Assembly (NCBI GenBank): GCA_038523235.1
Contig: JBCBJQ010000015.1
Location: forward strand, 1-64,000
Source of the DNA: Cyanobacteria bacterium J06626_4
GTDB taxonomy: Bacteria; Cyanobacteriota; Cyanobacteriia; Phormidesmidales; Phormidesmidaceae
DNA length: 64,000 nt
Reading direction: 5' to 3'
Below the pieces are notes generated by a model. The model did no database searches, had not been told where the DNA came from, and saw nothing but the letters and a program-made list of their open reading frames with translations. The translations under genes were made by a program, and so were the position numbers. Shown piece by piece: positions 62,776-64,000 of the stretch. How positions within the stretch are numbered: position 1 is the first letter of the stretch; each line of letters begins with the position of its first letter.

Positions 62776-64000
<1,225 letters not shown>

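Overview
This 64-kb window is core chromosome from a cyanobacterium: the HIP1 octamer GCGATCGC recurs throughout, and petB-petD, bicA-nhaS3, ctpA, ycf55, glgA and ftsH2 are present. About 49 credible CDS were called. They cover housekeeping (aspC-like aminotransferase, short hisG, pyrG), signalling (two PAS-GGDEF-EAL proteins, a Ser/Thr kinase with WD40 repeats, an RsbW-like protein, two TetR regulators), an RND efflux module, an orphan amino-methyltransferase and several small unknown proteins. A 6S RNA gene lies at about 24362-24560 on the minus strand. An ABC exporter gene is broken by a single-base frameshift near 15692. I found no tRNA, rRNA, CRISPR array, prophage or intact IS element, and no clear multi-gene novel system. 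The best leads are a non-coding-rich locus at 42.7-44.3 kb (candidate sRNA, uORF, hairpins, two small membrane proteins), a conserved HTH/acidic-linker protein, a Cys/Trp-rich small protein next to a perfect 23-bp inverted repeat, and several duplicated or periodic regulatory motifs. All assignments come from motif recognition by eye; no database search was run.
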